Counted from the stretch's first letter, positions 18,606 through 29,112 are shown. The stretch: 64,000 bases of DNA from an uncultured Candidatus Bathyarchaeia archaeon (GCA_964533505.1 CAZHKA010000035.1:1288-65287), one strand, 5' to 3'. The notes: generated by a model not told the origin, from the sequence alone. Numbers and translations: made by a program.

Positions 18606-18720
18606 CGGGCATTCAACCGTTTATGCTAGTGTACATCGCACATATAGCCTCAACTTAAGCAGCTGAAACGTGAGGAAATATACAGGATTAAGTTTCTCGT
18701 AGATTACGTGCGAAACATCA

Positions 18721-19872
18721 ATGTTTCGTCCAGCGAACATTGATATACCAGGGCCACCGAGCAGGCGCCGGAAGATAACGGAAATGCAAGACAAATGGAC
18801 ACACGAAACCCTCCTCGCATCGCTACTGCTAGCAATTTCGATCATATCGGTCACGCCTCCGCTCACACACGCAGCCCAGAATTTCCCAGCGAACCCAATA
18901 ACAATCGACGCGACCGGCCAAGCCACAGCATTCGGCAACGGGCCATCCGGACCGACCACAATGACTCTGAACGCTACGGTTTACACTAATTCTAATCATT
19001 GGCTGATAATACAGAACATGACAGGAACACTCACGATTGGTACGTCGACCTTTGCAATTATCAACGGCCAAGGCAGCGTCAACACATTCGGTGACGTAGC
19101 AATCTTCTGCAACACTAATGCAAGCTCATCCCAAAACGAACTCATCCTCCACGGATCAATGAATGGAAACAACCTGACTTTCGATTCACCAAGCCAGATC
19201 GTCTCCCTAGCATATCTCTCACTCTCAGGAACTCTCAATCAGAACAACACCCAAACCGAGTCCCAACTTACCGGAAGCACAAATTCCACCGCAACCATTA
19301 CCAGCTTCTACAATACAACCTCAACGGACTCCACTGCGACCAATTCTACTTCACAACTCTCAGCTACAACCTTAGTTCAGGAAAACTCCACGCAGTCTGG
19401 AATCAGAAACGTGACCACCACGTCCGTTAACTCAACGGTGGCATCTGCACTAGTCCAGCAGAATTCTACACAAACTAGCGTTGCGACGACCCTCGCGGCT
19501 AACGCAACTATAGCATACACGCTTCTCACACAGAACTCGACACAATCAAACGCCGTGAACGCGACTACCGCCCTAGGCAACTTAACAGAAACATCCGCAG
19601 TGGCTACGGCGAACACGACAACTGCAGGCTCGCTGATTGGTAACGTAAGTGCTCCTAACAACCCATCCGCCGCGGGCAACTCGACAGTGACGGTCACTCA
19701 ATACCTCAACCAAACAATCTCCGCCACACAAACGATCGCAAGCGTGACCATAAGCTACACCACGACGGTAACGGTAGCTAACAGAACGATAACCCAAGCA
19801 AATCGACGACCGCTACTGCGAAAATGGGGACATAGAGTCCCCCCCCTCCGATTTTTTCTGATGCCGTTCTAA
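18721..19872 (+). CDS. Secreted Thr/Ser/Asn-rich surface glycoprotein-like protein
   Basis: Hydrophobic signal after MQDKW; many NxS/T sequons; internal repeats LVQENSTQS / LVQQNSTQT / LLTQNSTQS. Confidence 0.7.
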   Translation: MFRPANIDIPGPPSRRRKITEMQDKWTHETLLASLLLAISIISVTPPLTHAAQNFPANPITIDATGQATAFGNGPSGPTTMTLNATVYTNSNHWLIIQNMTGTLTIGTSTFAIINGQGSVNTFGDVAIFCNTNASSSQNELILHGSMNGNNLTFDSPSQIVSLAYLSLSGTLNQNNTQTESQLTGSTNSTATITSFYNTTSTDSTATNSTSQLSATTLVQENSTQSGIRNVTTTSVNSTVASALVQQNSTQTSVATTLAANATIAYTLLTQNSTQSNAVNATTALGNLTETSAVATANTTTAGSLIGNVSAPNNPSAAGNSTVTVTQYLNQTISATQTIASVTISYTTTVTVANRTITQANRRPLLRKWGHRVPPLRFFLMPF

Positions 19873-19894
19873 ATAGAGGCTTACGATTCGTCCC

Positions 19895-20056
19895 TCAGGG
19901 CTGTTGAAACCCTCGGCAATCACATTCATTCTCAGTGCAATGACGGTCAGCCGCGGTGCTGTGCTTCAGCAAAATATGCGAACAATTCTTGCAACGAGTA
20001 AACCAGAAGGCACTCGCGCTGTAACGGGACGGTTGGGTAACCGATGATTGAGCCAT
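19895..20056 (-). CDS. Small Cys/His metal-binding protein (53 aa; not in ORF track)
   Basis: Translation MAQSSVTQPSRYSASAFWFTRCKNCSHILLKHSTAADRHCTENECDCRGFQQP; CxxCxH-x4-H..C-x4-CxC..F pattern. Confidence 0.7.
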   Translation of the reverse strand: MAQSSVTQPSRYSASAFWFTRCKNCSHILLKHSTAADRHCTENECDCRGFQQP

Positions 20057-20268
20057 GTTTCCTAGCGACCGCCCGTTCCATGTTCTTGCATGGAAAAAGA
20101 GCTTGCGCTCTCAGAATCCAAGGTCACTGGAGCTAACCTACACCCATTCTGTTTTCAACTACCCAGTTCAACTGTAGAGCATGGATGATTCGTCCAGAAC
20201 CCTTTTTATCAGTTTTATCGATTCGGGCGGACTAAACGATTCAAGTAGTCGACCCAACAGAATGAGGC

Positions 20269-21678
20269 ATGAGCATGAATCGGAGAGCTTTCCTGAAAAT
20301 CGCGCTCGCCACATCCGGTGTCGCCGTGGGCGGCTACTTTGGCGCTCAGCTTCTCGATATGGCCAATACTTCTGTCCTATCCTTGGATAATCAAATGGAA
20401 TTTGGAACGACATCGTTCACAACTAATGATTGGAGGATCCCGCACCTCATGCGTAGGGCCGGATTCGGCGCTTCGCCTACAGAGCTAGCATTCTACGAAA
20501 ACCTTGGCGTGAATTCAACAACAAATCAACTCCTGAATTATGAGAGCATTGACGACAGCAACCTGTCGGACCAACCCGACATTACTATGCAATTCATGAG
20601 AAAAACCCCCGCTGGGGAGATTGCAAACTTGGTCTGGTGGTGGGTTAACCGAATGATCAACACGCCAAGGCCTCTGGAGGAGAAGATGGCGCTATTCTGG
20701 CACAATCATTTTGCGACGGCGATTTATAAGGTCAGAAGCCCCTTCCTGATGTTCAAACAGAACCAATTGATCCGTAGCAAGGGCATGGGCAACTTCCGCG
20801 ATCTCCTGATGGGAATGACCGAAGACCCCGCGATGCTCATTTGGCTTGACGGAGCACAAAATAGGAAAACCGCCCCGAATGAAAATTACGGCCGGGAAGT
20901 GATGGAAGTCTTCACGATTGGCGTTGGCAACTATACCGAAGATGATGTCAAGGCAGCGGCCAGAGCATTGACAGGATATCAAATCGATAAATCAGGAAAT
21001 ACGTTCTTCAACCCTAACAAACATGATAACGGGACCAAAACGTTCCTAGGCCAAACAGGTAACTTCGGCCCGGAGGACATCGTCGACATCCTAGCGTCCC
21101 ATCCGGCGACAGCGAGATCCATCGCCCGCAAACTCTTCACATATTTTGCTGACGACGCACCCACCGATGATACGATAAATCAAATTGCGAACGTCTTCAC
21201 TGCGACGAACGGCAACATCAAAGCTGTCGTCCAAGCCATTCTGAACTCCTATGAGTTCTGGTCCAGTCAAGCTTACCTCGGCCTCGTCAAGAGCCCAGTG
21301 GAGTATGTTACGACGGCGCTCCGCTCTCTTGGAGCAACGGTAAACCCGAAGGCCGCTGTAGGCACGCTGAACAATATGGGTCAGCTTCCATTCGACCCTC
21401 CGAGCGTTTTCGGATGGCCTGCCGGAGCAGCTTGGATCAATACTTCAACCATGCTGGACCGATACAACTTCCCCTTATTCGTAAAGAACCTCGATAATGC
21501 TAGCGTCGCGTTTGAAGACTCAGTTGATACGGCAACGCGGATCCTTTTCCCCGAAGGATTACCAGCGGATGTATTGCAGGTCATCCAGCGGTCTACCGAT
21601 TCACTTACCGACACGCTGGAAAAAGTACGGAATCTCATTCGACTAACAATGTCCACCCCATATTACAACTTGAACTGA
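20269..21678 (+). CDS. DUF1800-family protein with Tat signal
   Basis: NRRAFLK, HLMRRAGFG, LFWHNHFAT, PNENYGRE and PPSVFGW motifs. Confidence 0.92.
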   Translation: MSMNRRAFLKIALATSGVAVGGYFGAQLLDMANTSVLSLDNQMEFGTTSFTTNDWRIPHLMRRAGFGASPTELAFYENLGVNSTTNQLLNYESIDDSNLSDQPDITMQFMRKTPAGEIANLVWWWVNRMINTPRPLEEKMALFWHNHFATAIYKVRSPFLMFKQNQLIRSKGMGNFRDLLMGMTEDPAMLIWLDGAQNRKTAPNENYGREVMEVFTIGVGNYTEDDVKAAARALTGYQIDKSGNTFFNPNKHDNGTKTFLGQTGNFGPEDIVDILASHPATARSIARKLFTYFADDAPTDDTINQIANVFTATNGNIKAVVQAILNSYEFWSSQAYLGLVKSPVEYVTTALRSLGATVNPKAAVGTLNNMGQLPFDPPSVFGWPAGAAWINTSTMLDRYNFPLFVKNLDNASVAFEDSVDTATRILFPEGLPADVLQVIQRSTDSLTDTLEKVRNLIRLTMSTPYYNLN

Positions 21679-21689
21679 GTGGTTAGAAA

Positions 21690-22949
21690 ATGCCAGTCAA
21701 TATTACTCGCCGCCTCTTTTTGCGCCAGCTCGCTCAGTCAATTGGCCAAGTGCCATCACTAAACCCACTAAGCTTTGGGCCAAGAATACTTGACATGACA
21801 AGCATGCAGTCACCGCAACAAGTTGACGGTATGAAGAACCGAACCCTCGTCGTTGTGCAACTCAGTGGTGGCAACGACGGATTAAACACCCTCGTTCCCT
21901 ACACTCAACAAACCTACTACAACGCTCGGCCCACCCTCGCGCTTGCCAAGAATGATGTCCTTCCGCTCAGCGGCGACGTTGCATTGCACCCTAGCATGAC
22001 GGCACTTGAATCCCTATACAACGACAAACACTTGGCGATTGTACAAGGAGCCGGATACCCCAACCCCAACCGATCCCACTACGAGTCAATGACGATCTGG
22101 CAGACCGCCTCCCCAGACGAGACGATGCAGACCGGCTGGCTTGGCAGATACCTCGACACAGCACGAAGCGTCGACAGTTCAATCAACGCCGTCGAACTAG
22201 ACGCATTATTATCCCCCACCGTTGTTGGAGAAAAAGAGCGTGCCATGGCCATTGAGAGCCTGCAATCATTCAAGATCACTTCCCTGACAAAACAAAGCCA
22301 GACAACTGATGAGATGGCGATTAAGGCCTTAGACGCTATCCAGTGCAGCTCATGCCAGGAGTACAATAATCTGATCACTGCGATGATGGACGCTGGACTC
22401 GATGGTATGACCGCCTCAGACATAGTGCGACAAACTGCCGCCAACTACCAGACCTCGGTCACTTACCCAACGGACGACTTTTCTAACAGGTTGGAACTGG
22501 CAGCACAAGTCGTCTCCTCAAGCCTGAAGCCAACAATCATCTACCTACAGATAGGCGGCTTCGACACTCACGCAAACCAGAAGAACACTCAAGCGAACCT
22601 CCTCAAGACGGTCAGCGACGGCATATCTGCATTCTACCAGGATATGGATTCGAAGGGCAAGGCGGAAGACACATTGATTATGACTTTCTCGGAGTTCGGG
22701 CGCAGAGTTCACGAGAACGGCAGTCAAGGTACAGACCACGGAACCGCTGAACCAATGTTCTTAGTCGGAGGACAGGTAAGCGGTGGACTCTACGGAGACT
22801 ACCCCAGCCTCTCAAACCTCGATAGTAACGGCGACCTCATACATACTGTCGATTTCAGGCAAGTTTACGCGTCGGTGCTTCAAGATTGGCTTGGAGTTGA
22901 CTCTACACAAGTCCTGAGTTCACAATTCCAAAAACTCAACATCTTCTAG
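21690..22949 (+). CDS. DUF1501-family protein
   Basis: TRRLFL, QLSGGNDGLNT, NRSH, GGFDTH, SEFGRR and GTDHG motifs. Confidence 0.92.
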   Translation: MPVNITRRLFLRQLAQSIGQVPSLNPLSFGPRILDMTSMQSPQQVDGMKNRTLVVVQLSGGNDGLNTLVPYTQQTYYNARPTLALAKNDVLPLSGDVALHPSMTALESLYNDKHLAIVQGAGYPNPNRSHYESMTIWQTASPDETMQTGWLGRYLDTARSVDSSINAVELDALLSPTVVGEKERAMAIESLQSFKITSLTKQSQTTDEMAIKALDAIQCSSCQEYNNLITAMMDAGLDGMTASDIVRQTAANYQTSVTYPTDDFSNRLELAAQVVSSSLKPTIIYLQIGGFDTHANQKNTQANLLKTVSDGISAFYQDMDSKGKAEDTLIMTFSEFGRRVHENGSQGTDHGTAEPMFLVGGQVSGGLYGDYPSLSNLDSNGDLIHTVDFRQVYASVLQDWLGVDSTQVLSSQFQKLNIF

Positions 22950-23020
22950 ACCTAGTTCCTTTTACGAAAACAGTAGTAATTAGTACGAAACCGTATTCGG
23001 AAGGGCTAAGGTTCTCGGAC

Positions 23021-23468
23021 ATGAGCAAGATTACGTTAACGAGAGTGACAGCAGACCACCTCGATACCCTGATTCCTTTATTTGATGCGTACAGGCAGTT
23101 TTACGCTCAACGGTCCGATCTTGACGGAGTAAGACATTTTCTAACTGAAAGATTGATTAGGAATGAGTCCGTGATGTTTCTCGCCTCCGAGGATTCCCAA
23201 GCTACAGGATTCGCCCAGCTTTATCCCACATTCTCTTCGTTGTCCATGAATCGCGTATGGATTCTGAACGACCTTTTCGTTAGTTCATCGGCGAGAGGAC
23301 ACGGAGTGGGATCGGCTCTATTGCAAGAGTAAGCGGTTGGCCGTTGAAACGGGGGCTAAAGAGTTGGAGTTGGAGACCATGAAGAGTAATCTTACCGCAC
23401 AACATCTCTATGAGGGTCTGGGCTGGAAGCGTGACGAGATCTTCTACCGGTATCACTTGCTGATTTGA
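23021..23468 (+). pseudogene. GNAT acetyltransferase with a frameshift at ~23330
   Basis: The ORF stops after RGHGVGSALLQE. The +1 frame continues KRLAVETGAKELELETMKSNLTAQHLYEGLGWKRDEIFYRYHLLI*, which is the missing GNAT motif B. Confidence 0.85.
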
Positions 23469-23556
23469 AACTAGCAAACGATTCGGCGCTAGTCGACCAC
23501 ATGTATCTCATTTTGACGGCGATGATAAATCAAATGCCAGATCTGATGCTCTGGAT

Positions 23557-24339
23557 TCAGAGACGATTAACCGAGTTTGCTTGGCTAATCCGACTTACCT
23601 TGACCTCTTTGCGTCGGTAGTCATCGATCAAGTCATCGGCATGAGGCCTACCGCCAGCCTGAACGATTTTGATCAGGATATCGACATCATACGGCACTCG
23701 ATAGAAGCTCAGACTCATAGCTCCTTGTTCGTACGTTAAGACCGAATACTCCGCCCAGGCATCGGTGTGGAAGTGCTCCTGAGGTAGGTGGTAATCGTAG
23801 ACGACACCGATGCTGCCGGGGTTGAAGAATAAGCCTTCGCCGATGCGACGTACTTGTTGTGTGTGCGTGTGACCCCCAGCCATTATCGCTGGAGCGAAAC
23901 GCCCAAGCAATCGGTCCCACTCCTCTTTCGAGGTTTCGGGCAGAAGGACATCATCGTAGGAATTGGGAGAGCCATGAAAGCAAAGCAAACGCTGCATTTC
24001 GCCCATCCTAATTTCGACGGTTCGCTGAAAACCACGCAGGTAATCCAAATCATAAGCGGAAAGCTGGGCGAGCGTCCAAGCGCGCACTTCACGTTGCTCC
24101 TTAGATATCGGCTCACCAGAATCGTCGTCCCCTGTTAGAAGCCAAGCATCGGCATTGCCCATTACAACAGGACATGCGAGATCACGGAGTCGTTCCAATG
24201 TTTGAGTTGGTTGTGCTCCGCCCTGGATTGTGTCACCCAAGCAGACGACTTGGTCTACAGAGTTTTGTCGCAGATCGGCAATTGCTGCGTCGAGTGCGAG
24301 ACAGTTGGCATGGATATCTGAGATAACAGCAATGCGCAT
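23557..24339 (-). CDS. Metallophosphoesterase (calcineurin-like)
   Basis: SDIHAN, LGD, GNAD, HGSP, GHTH and NPGS motifs. Confidence 0.92.
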   Translation of the reverse strand: MRIAVISDIHANCLALDAAIADLRQNSVDQVVCLGDTIQGGAQPTQTLERLRDLACPVVMGNADAWLLTGDDDSGEPISKEQREVRAWTLAQLSAYDLDYLRGFQRTVEIRMGEMQRLLCFHGSPNSYDDVLLPETSKEEWDRLLGRFAPAIMAGGHTHTQQVRRIGEGLFFNPGSIGVVYDYHLPQEHFHTDAWAEYSVLTYEQGAMSLSFYRVPYDVDILIKIVQAGGRPHADDLIDDYRRKEVKVSRISQANSVNRL

Positions 24340-24563
24340 TACAGAGTCGCTCCGTCAATCTCGGTAGTCAAGTCGGATCGCGCGTAGACGGTATTCTTGA
24401 TTCTTTATTACCATACCCATTGGGATTTGCAATCGTTTCTTGCCGCGACTTACGTTAAGGAAGAGCAGATCCTCCGGCGGTGTGAGAACATAAGCGGCTT
24501 CCGGTGGAGAAAGTACCAGTTGAGACACGCGCTTAAGTTATCTCAAAATGAATTGAGTCTGGG

Positions 24564-25121
24564 TTGGGTTCCTTGCCGGAAGAACTTGGAGGTGAAGTCG
24601 TTAAGATCAAACCGAGTCTTTTGCCGTTCACTTGGAAAGGTCTAATCGTGGTCGTGCTAGGCCTCGTACTTTCGGCCGGCTCGTTTGTGTTTCAAATCCC
24701 GCCAACCGTTCCCTACCTCAACGGTTCCTTCCTCATTCTTGCTGGTCTGACTGTGATGGGGCTGGGGCTCTTAATTATCCTGTTTGGGGCAGTCAGACGG
24801 AACATGTACACAAACCAGATCATGGATTCAGGCATTATTATTCAGAAACAACTTCTGCGCCGTAGTGTTAGGCGTATTCCGTTCGTATCTCTAAGCGATG
24901 TTGAAGTTTCTCAAAGCCTCATGGGCCGCTTGGCCGGTTTCGGAAACGTTGTGCCCATTAGCAAGAGTGGATACGGTCTTGTTCACGGCATGGATCACAC
25001 GGAAAACATCGTCGCGGAAATGACAAACGTCCCAAACCCGGACAAGGTTGCGAACCTGATCATGTCTCGAGCATCACTGATGCCTAAAGTAGCCATTCAT
25101 CAATACCATGGTGATATGTGA
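24564..25121 (+). CDS. Membrane protein with bacterial-type PH domain
   Basis: Two TM helices followed by V.VSQSLMGRLAGFGNV. Confidence 0.75.
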   Translation: MGSLPEELGGEVVKIKPSLLPFTWKGLIVVVLGLVLSAGSFVFQIPPTVPYLNGSFLILAGLTVMGLGLLIILFGAVRRNMYTNQIMDSGIIIQKQLLRRSVRRIPFVSLSDVEVSQSLMGRLAGFGNVVPISKSGYGLVHGMDHTENIVAEMTNVPNPDKVANLIMSRASLMPKVAIHQYHGDM

Positions 25122-25275
25122 AACTAGGACTGGCAAGTTGATTTGGAAATTGCCCGTGCAAATTCGCACAGCAGCAATTATCAGATTGGCATAGAGTTAT
25201 TAATGCTGGAACATTAATGTTTCAAAGTAGGCCTGTAAGCCTGCCGAGTTTTGCTAGAGTTGAAAGTGAGCGAAT

Positions 25276-26454
25276 ATGGACGTGGACAAACTGAGCGTTG
25301 GATACGTGAGCACGTACCCGCCACGGGCCTGTGGTATAGCCACGTTCACGCGCGATCTGTCGCAGGCTTTGATTGTTCGACGCCGAGTGCGACGCACCGT
25401 CATCCTCCCGATTGAAAACGATCCTTCGCTGACAGCAAATGGAAACGCTATCGACCAAAACGACAGAGCGAGCTATGTTGTTGGTGCGGGCTTCCTCAAC
25501 GAGTCAAACCTTGACGTGATAAGCATCCAACACGAGTTCGGAATCTTCGGTGGAGAATGGGGCGAGTACGTTCTCGATCTATGCAGAAACCTTGAGCCAC
25601 CGTTCATTACGACATTTCACTCGGTTATATTGAACCCCGATGAGAGGCCTCTCGAAATTGTGCGCGAAATTTCTCGCCTGAGCGCTCACGTGGTAGTCAC
25701 TCTCGAGTCGGCAAAGAAACTTCTTACAGAGGAATACGGGATTGATCCTGAAAAGGTTAGGGTGATACCCCACGGGGCACCCGTGCCGGATCAAAGACGC
25801 AGAAGCTATGCGAGGCAGCATCTTCACCTTCGCAACCGAATTGTTCTTGCAACGACGGGCCTGATTAATCCGGGGAAGGGAATAGAGCACGCCATTAAAT
25901 CCCTTTCGTACTTGGTCAAGGACCGGCCCAACATCCTCTACCTAGTGATCGGTAGAACGCATCCCGAAGTCCGAAAACGCGAGGGAGAAGCATATCGCAA
26001 CAAACTTTTCACATTGATTAATGAGTCAAACCTCGAGCGGAACGTTCGGTTTGTGGACGAGTATCTTCCAGAGGCCGAGCTCTCGCTATATATGCAGGCC
26101 ACGGACATTTACATAGCACCATACGTGGGACGGGACCAGGTCTCGAGTGGAACAATTACTTTCGCACTCGCGCACGGAAAACCAGTCGTCTCGACACCCA
26201 CAATATTCGCAGAGGAAGTCCTTTCAAATGGTCGCGGCCTCCTCTGTGATTTCGGAGATGAGTATTCGATTGCCAGATGTGTCCGACGAATTCTTGGCGA
26301 TTCGAAGCTTCGACGCAAGCTTGAAGCGAACGCATTCAAGTATGGCCAAGGACTAACATGGGCAAACGTGGCGGACGAATATGCTAACCTCTTCAGAGCT
26401 GCAAGGCGACTTGAGGGAACTGTCACTGAGACTTCAAGAATCACTGAAACTTGA
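25276..26454 (+). CDS. GT4 glycosyltransferase
   Basis: STYPPRACGIATF, QHEFGIFGG, IPHG and KGIE motifs. Confidence 0.92.
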   Translation: MDVDKLSVGYVSTYPPRACGIATFTRDLSQALIVRRRVRRTVILPIENDPSLTANGNAIDQNDRASYVVGAGFLNESNLDVISIQHEFGIFGGEWGEYVLDLCRNLEPPFITTFHSVILNPDERPLEIVREISRLSAHVVVTLESAKKLLTEEYGIDPEKVRVIPHGAPVPDQRRRSYARQHLHLRNRIVLATTGLINPGKGIEHAIKSLSYLVKDRPNILYLVIGRTHPEVRKREGEAYRNKLFTLINESNLERNVRFVDEYLPEAELSLYMQATDIYIAPYVGRDQVSSGTITFALAHGKPVVSTPTIFAEEVLSNGRGLLCDFGDEYSIARCVRRILGDSKLRRKLEANAFKYGQGLTWANVADEYANLFRAARRLEGTVTETSRITET

Positions 26455-27469
26455 CCACCTTTACGCAATAACCGATCATAATGCGGTTCTGCAACATGCA
26501 ACTTTCTCGATCCCGGCTAAGAGAGAGGGCTACACGACTGACGATAACGGCCGAGCCTTAGTTTTCGCTGCAAAGGCGCAACGATATTGGGCGAGCGATC
26601 GTCTTACTGAGCTTCAGCGTAAATTACTCGCGTTCATTCTTCTCATGCAGTCAGACGACGGACGATTCCACAATTTCATGGATTTCTCACAAAGAATCGT
26701 AGGTGAACCGGCGGTGGGTGACCACTTAGGACGTGCTATTTGGTCCACTGGAGCGGTCATTCACTCGGAGCTGCAGACGGGAATGAAAAACTCGGCCCGC
26801 CTCATCTTCGATCGTGCATTGCCTTGGGGCATGTCATCGGCCTACCTCCGAACTAAAGCTTACACTTGCCTCGGCCTCGTTGAAAGGCTCCGGGCGGACG
26901 CAGGGGACGAGAACCTTGCCCTCAACCTCGAACATCTAGCAGGCGATTTGTTCAACCAATTCAAGAAGAATGCGACGGATAGTTGGGATTGGTTCGAGAA
27001 TTCGCTGACGTACGACAACGCACGTCTGAGTCAAGCCCTGTTTGCCGCCTATGATACACTAGGAAAAGAGGAATTCCGTGGCGCAGCAGAGAAGTCGTTG
27101 TCCTTCCTTCTTCGAGCAACAACTCAGGACGGTAAACACGTCCCAATCGGAAACAATGGTTGGTACACAAAGGGCGGGAGGGCCGCGATGTATGACCAGC
27201 AACCCATTGACGCCGGCGCAATGGCTGAGACCACTGCCCTCGCGTACAAACTCACAGGACGAGATATCTACGCGAATGGATTTCGGCAAGCCTTGGGATG
27301 GTTCTTCGGCCTAAATACAAAGGGGGCCGCAGTCTATGACCCTACGACTGGCGCTTGCTATGACGGTATAACGCCAGCCGGCTTAAACCAAAACCAAGGT
27401 TCCGAATCCACGCTATCATTTCTGCTTGGTGCGGTGACAGCAATCGAGAACCTCGGACAGAGTACGTGA
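26381..27469 (+). CDS. Six-hairpin-glycosidase-like protein (GT4-associated domain)
   Basis: GYTTDDNGRAL, WFE..LTYDNA, DQQP, WFFG.N and NQGSESTL motifs. Confidence 0.8.
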   Translation: MLTSSELQGDLRELSLRLQESLKLDHLYAITDHNAVLQHATFSIPAKREGYTTDDNGRALVFAAKAQRYWASDRLTELQRKLLAFILLMQSDDGRFHNFMDFSQRIVGEPAVGDHLGRAIWSTGAVIHSELQTGMKNSARLIFDRALPWGMSSAYLRTKAYTCLGLVERLRADAGDENLALNLEHLAGDLFNQFKKNATDSWDWFENSLTYDNARLSQALFAAYDTLGKEEFRGAAEKSLSFLLRATTQDGKHVPIGNNGWYTKGGRAAMYDQQPIDAGAMAETTALAYKLTGRDIYANGFRQALGWFFGLNTKGAAVYDPTTGACYDGITPAGLNQNQGSESTLSFLLGAVTAIENLGQST

Positions 27470-27479
27470 CGGGCTAGTT

Positions 27480-28403
27480 TCATGGTTTTTCTTTCGCCAA
27501 TTCTTCGAGGAACTCATCCAACGGCGCACTGGCCGTACAACACACACGGTCAGCCCCGCCATAGTAAACTAACAATTGTCCTTCATGCACAACGGCGCCA
27601 GCGGGGAATACAACGTTCGGTACGATACCTAGCTTCTCGAACTCGGTTTCTGGTTGAAGGATCGGTTCTCTCGTTCGAGCAATCACCTTCTTTGGGTCAT
27701 CCAAATCCAAGAGTAGCGCCCCGACACGGTACACGCGTTCTACACTCACCCCATGGTAAATGACCACCCAGCCTTTCGGCGTCCTAATCGGTGGTGATCC
27801 CGCCCCGACCTTTCGTGTTTCCCAGTAAAACCGCGGCCCAATGACCTCGAACTGGTCGAGCTTCCTAAGGTAGTCTTTCCAGTAGCTTCGTGAATGCTCC
27901 AAGGCCTCGAGGCTTTCGAAATAAGCAAGCTGAATTCTTCCATCAACCCTATGCAGCAAGGCGATCTTGCCGTTGATAGCTTCGGGAAAGATAACGCAAT
28001 CCTTGTCATTCCGGTCAGGTCCCACGATTCCATACTTTTTGAATTGCGAAAAATCCTCAGTTGAGGCCAATGCCATGCGAGGCCCTCGTTGCGAGTAAGC
28101 AGTGTAAGTGACGTAGATACGACCATTCAAACGAGTAATGCGCGGATCCTCACAGCCAAACTCTTCCCACTTGGCGGAGGGTTCTAGGACCGGGGTCGGA
28201 GAACGACTCGAAATATCGCCTCCATCGAACGAACGTGCGTACCCTAGTCGAGATGTCCCGCGTCGGTCCACAGCTCTGTAGAGCAGGTGAATGACACCAT
28301 CGCCAGCAATCGCACCAGGGTTGAAGGTCCCACCAACTTCCCACTCTTTTCCATCTTCCGGGGTTATGATAGGCTTGCTGCCGCATCGCGTTAGCTTTCT
28401 CAA
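27480..28403 (-). CDS. GH130-family glycosidase / mannoside phosphorylase
   Basis: FNPGA, LYRA, GCEDPR, NDKD, YHGV, NVVF and YYGGAD motifs. Confidence 0.9.
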   Translation of the reverse strand: MRKLTRCGSKPIITPEDGKEWEVGGTFNPGAIAGDGVIHLLYRAVDRRGTSRLGYARSFDGGDISSRSPTPVLEPSAKWEEFGCEDPRITRLNGRIYVTYTAYSQRGPRMALASTEDFSQFKKYGIVGPDRNDKDCVIFPEAINGKIALLHRVDGRIQLAYFESLEALEHSRSYWKDYLRKLDQFEVIGPRFYWETRKVGAGSPPIRTPKGWVVIYHGVSVERVYRVGALLLDLDDPKKVIARTREPILQPETEFEKLGIVPNVVFPAGAVVHEGQLLVYYGGADRVCCTASAPLDEFLEELAKEKP

Positions 28404-28729
28404 CCGGCTTACACTTACCTAAACGTGGGTTAACTGTGGGCCCGAGAAGAATGGGCCATTTTATCTAGTTTTCCCATCGCAAATTGCAAACGCGGTGGGA
28501 GAAACCTTTCACTCCCTACAGGCAACCTTCCTTCTTGTCGGGGCATCAACCAAAGACGCCAAGATCAGACAGATGAGCCAAGGGCCGTGAACGCAGTCCA
28601 CGACGAATTCGATCTAAGCAAAGAATGAAAGCGCGTGTCGGCCGGCCTGGGCGGCATGTGCTACTGACGTATTGGTGCGTGCATTCAAGGAGGCATAGTA
28701 TATTCTATATTGGGTACTATCAAGGGTAA

Positions 28730-29107
28730 ATGGTGTGTGCTTATACGAACTATCGTACTCAGACTATATGCTTGAAATTGCCTTACATTCTAATTAATTA
28801 CAGCAAATGCGACGGCGACGGAGCCTGCGTTAGCAGTTGCCCCGCTTCCGTCTTCGAATTTTCACAGCGGAGATGTAAACCAATAGACTGGTTCATCAAG
28901 AACACCGTGGCATTACAGAGTTTCCAGGAACAAATTGCGCAGCGAAATGGTCCCGTGCCAGTCGCAATTAGGTATCACGTTCCTGAATGCTTTCTGTGTT
29001 GGCAGTGCATCGGCGCATGCCCTAAGCATGCGATTGATGTAGAGTATGACGACATAGACATTCGAGAATCCATAGTGCCGATGGAGAACTCGACAATAGT
29101 CAAGTAA
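28730..29107 (+). CDS. 4Fe-4S dicluster ferredoxin
   Basis: CDGDGACVSSCP and CFLCWQCIGACP motifs. Confidence 0.8.
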   Translation: MVCAYTNYRTQTICLKLPYILINYSKCDGDGACVSSCPASVFEFSQRRCKPIDWFIKNTVALQSFQEQIAQRNGPVPVAIRYHVPECFLCWQCIGACPKHAIDVEYDDIDIRESIVPMENSTIVK

Positions 29108-29112
29108 GCTGG

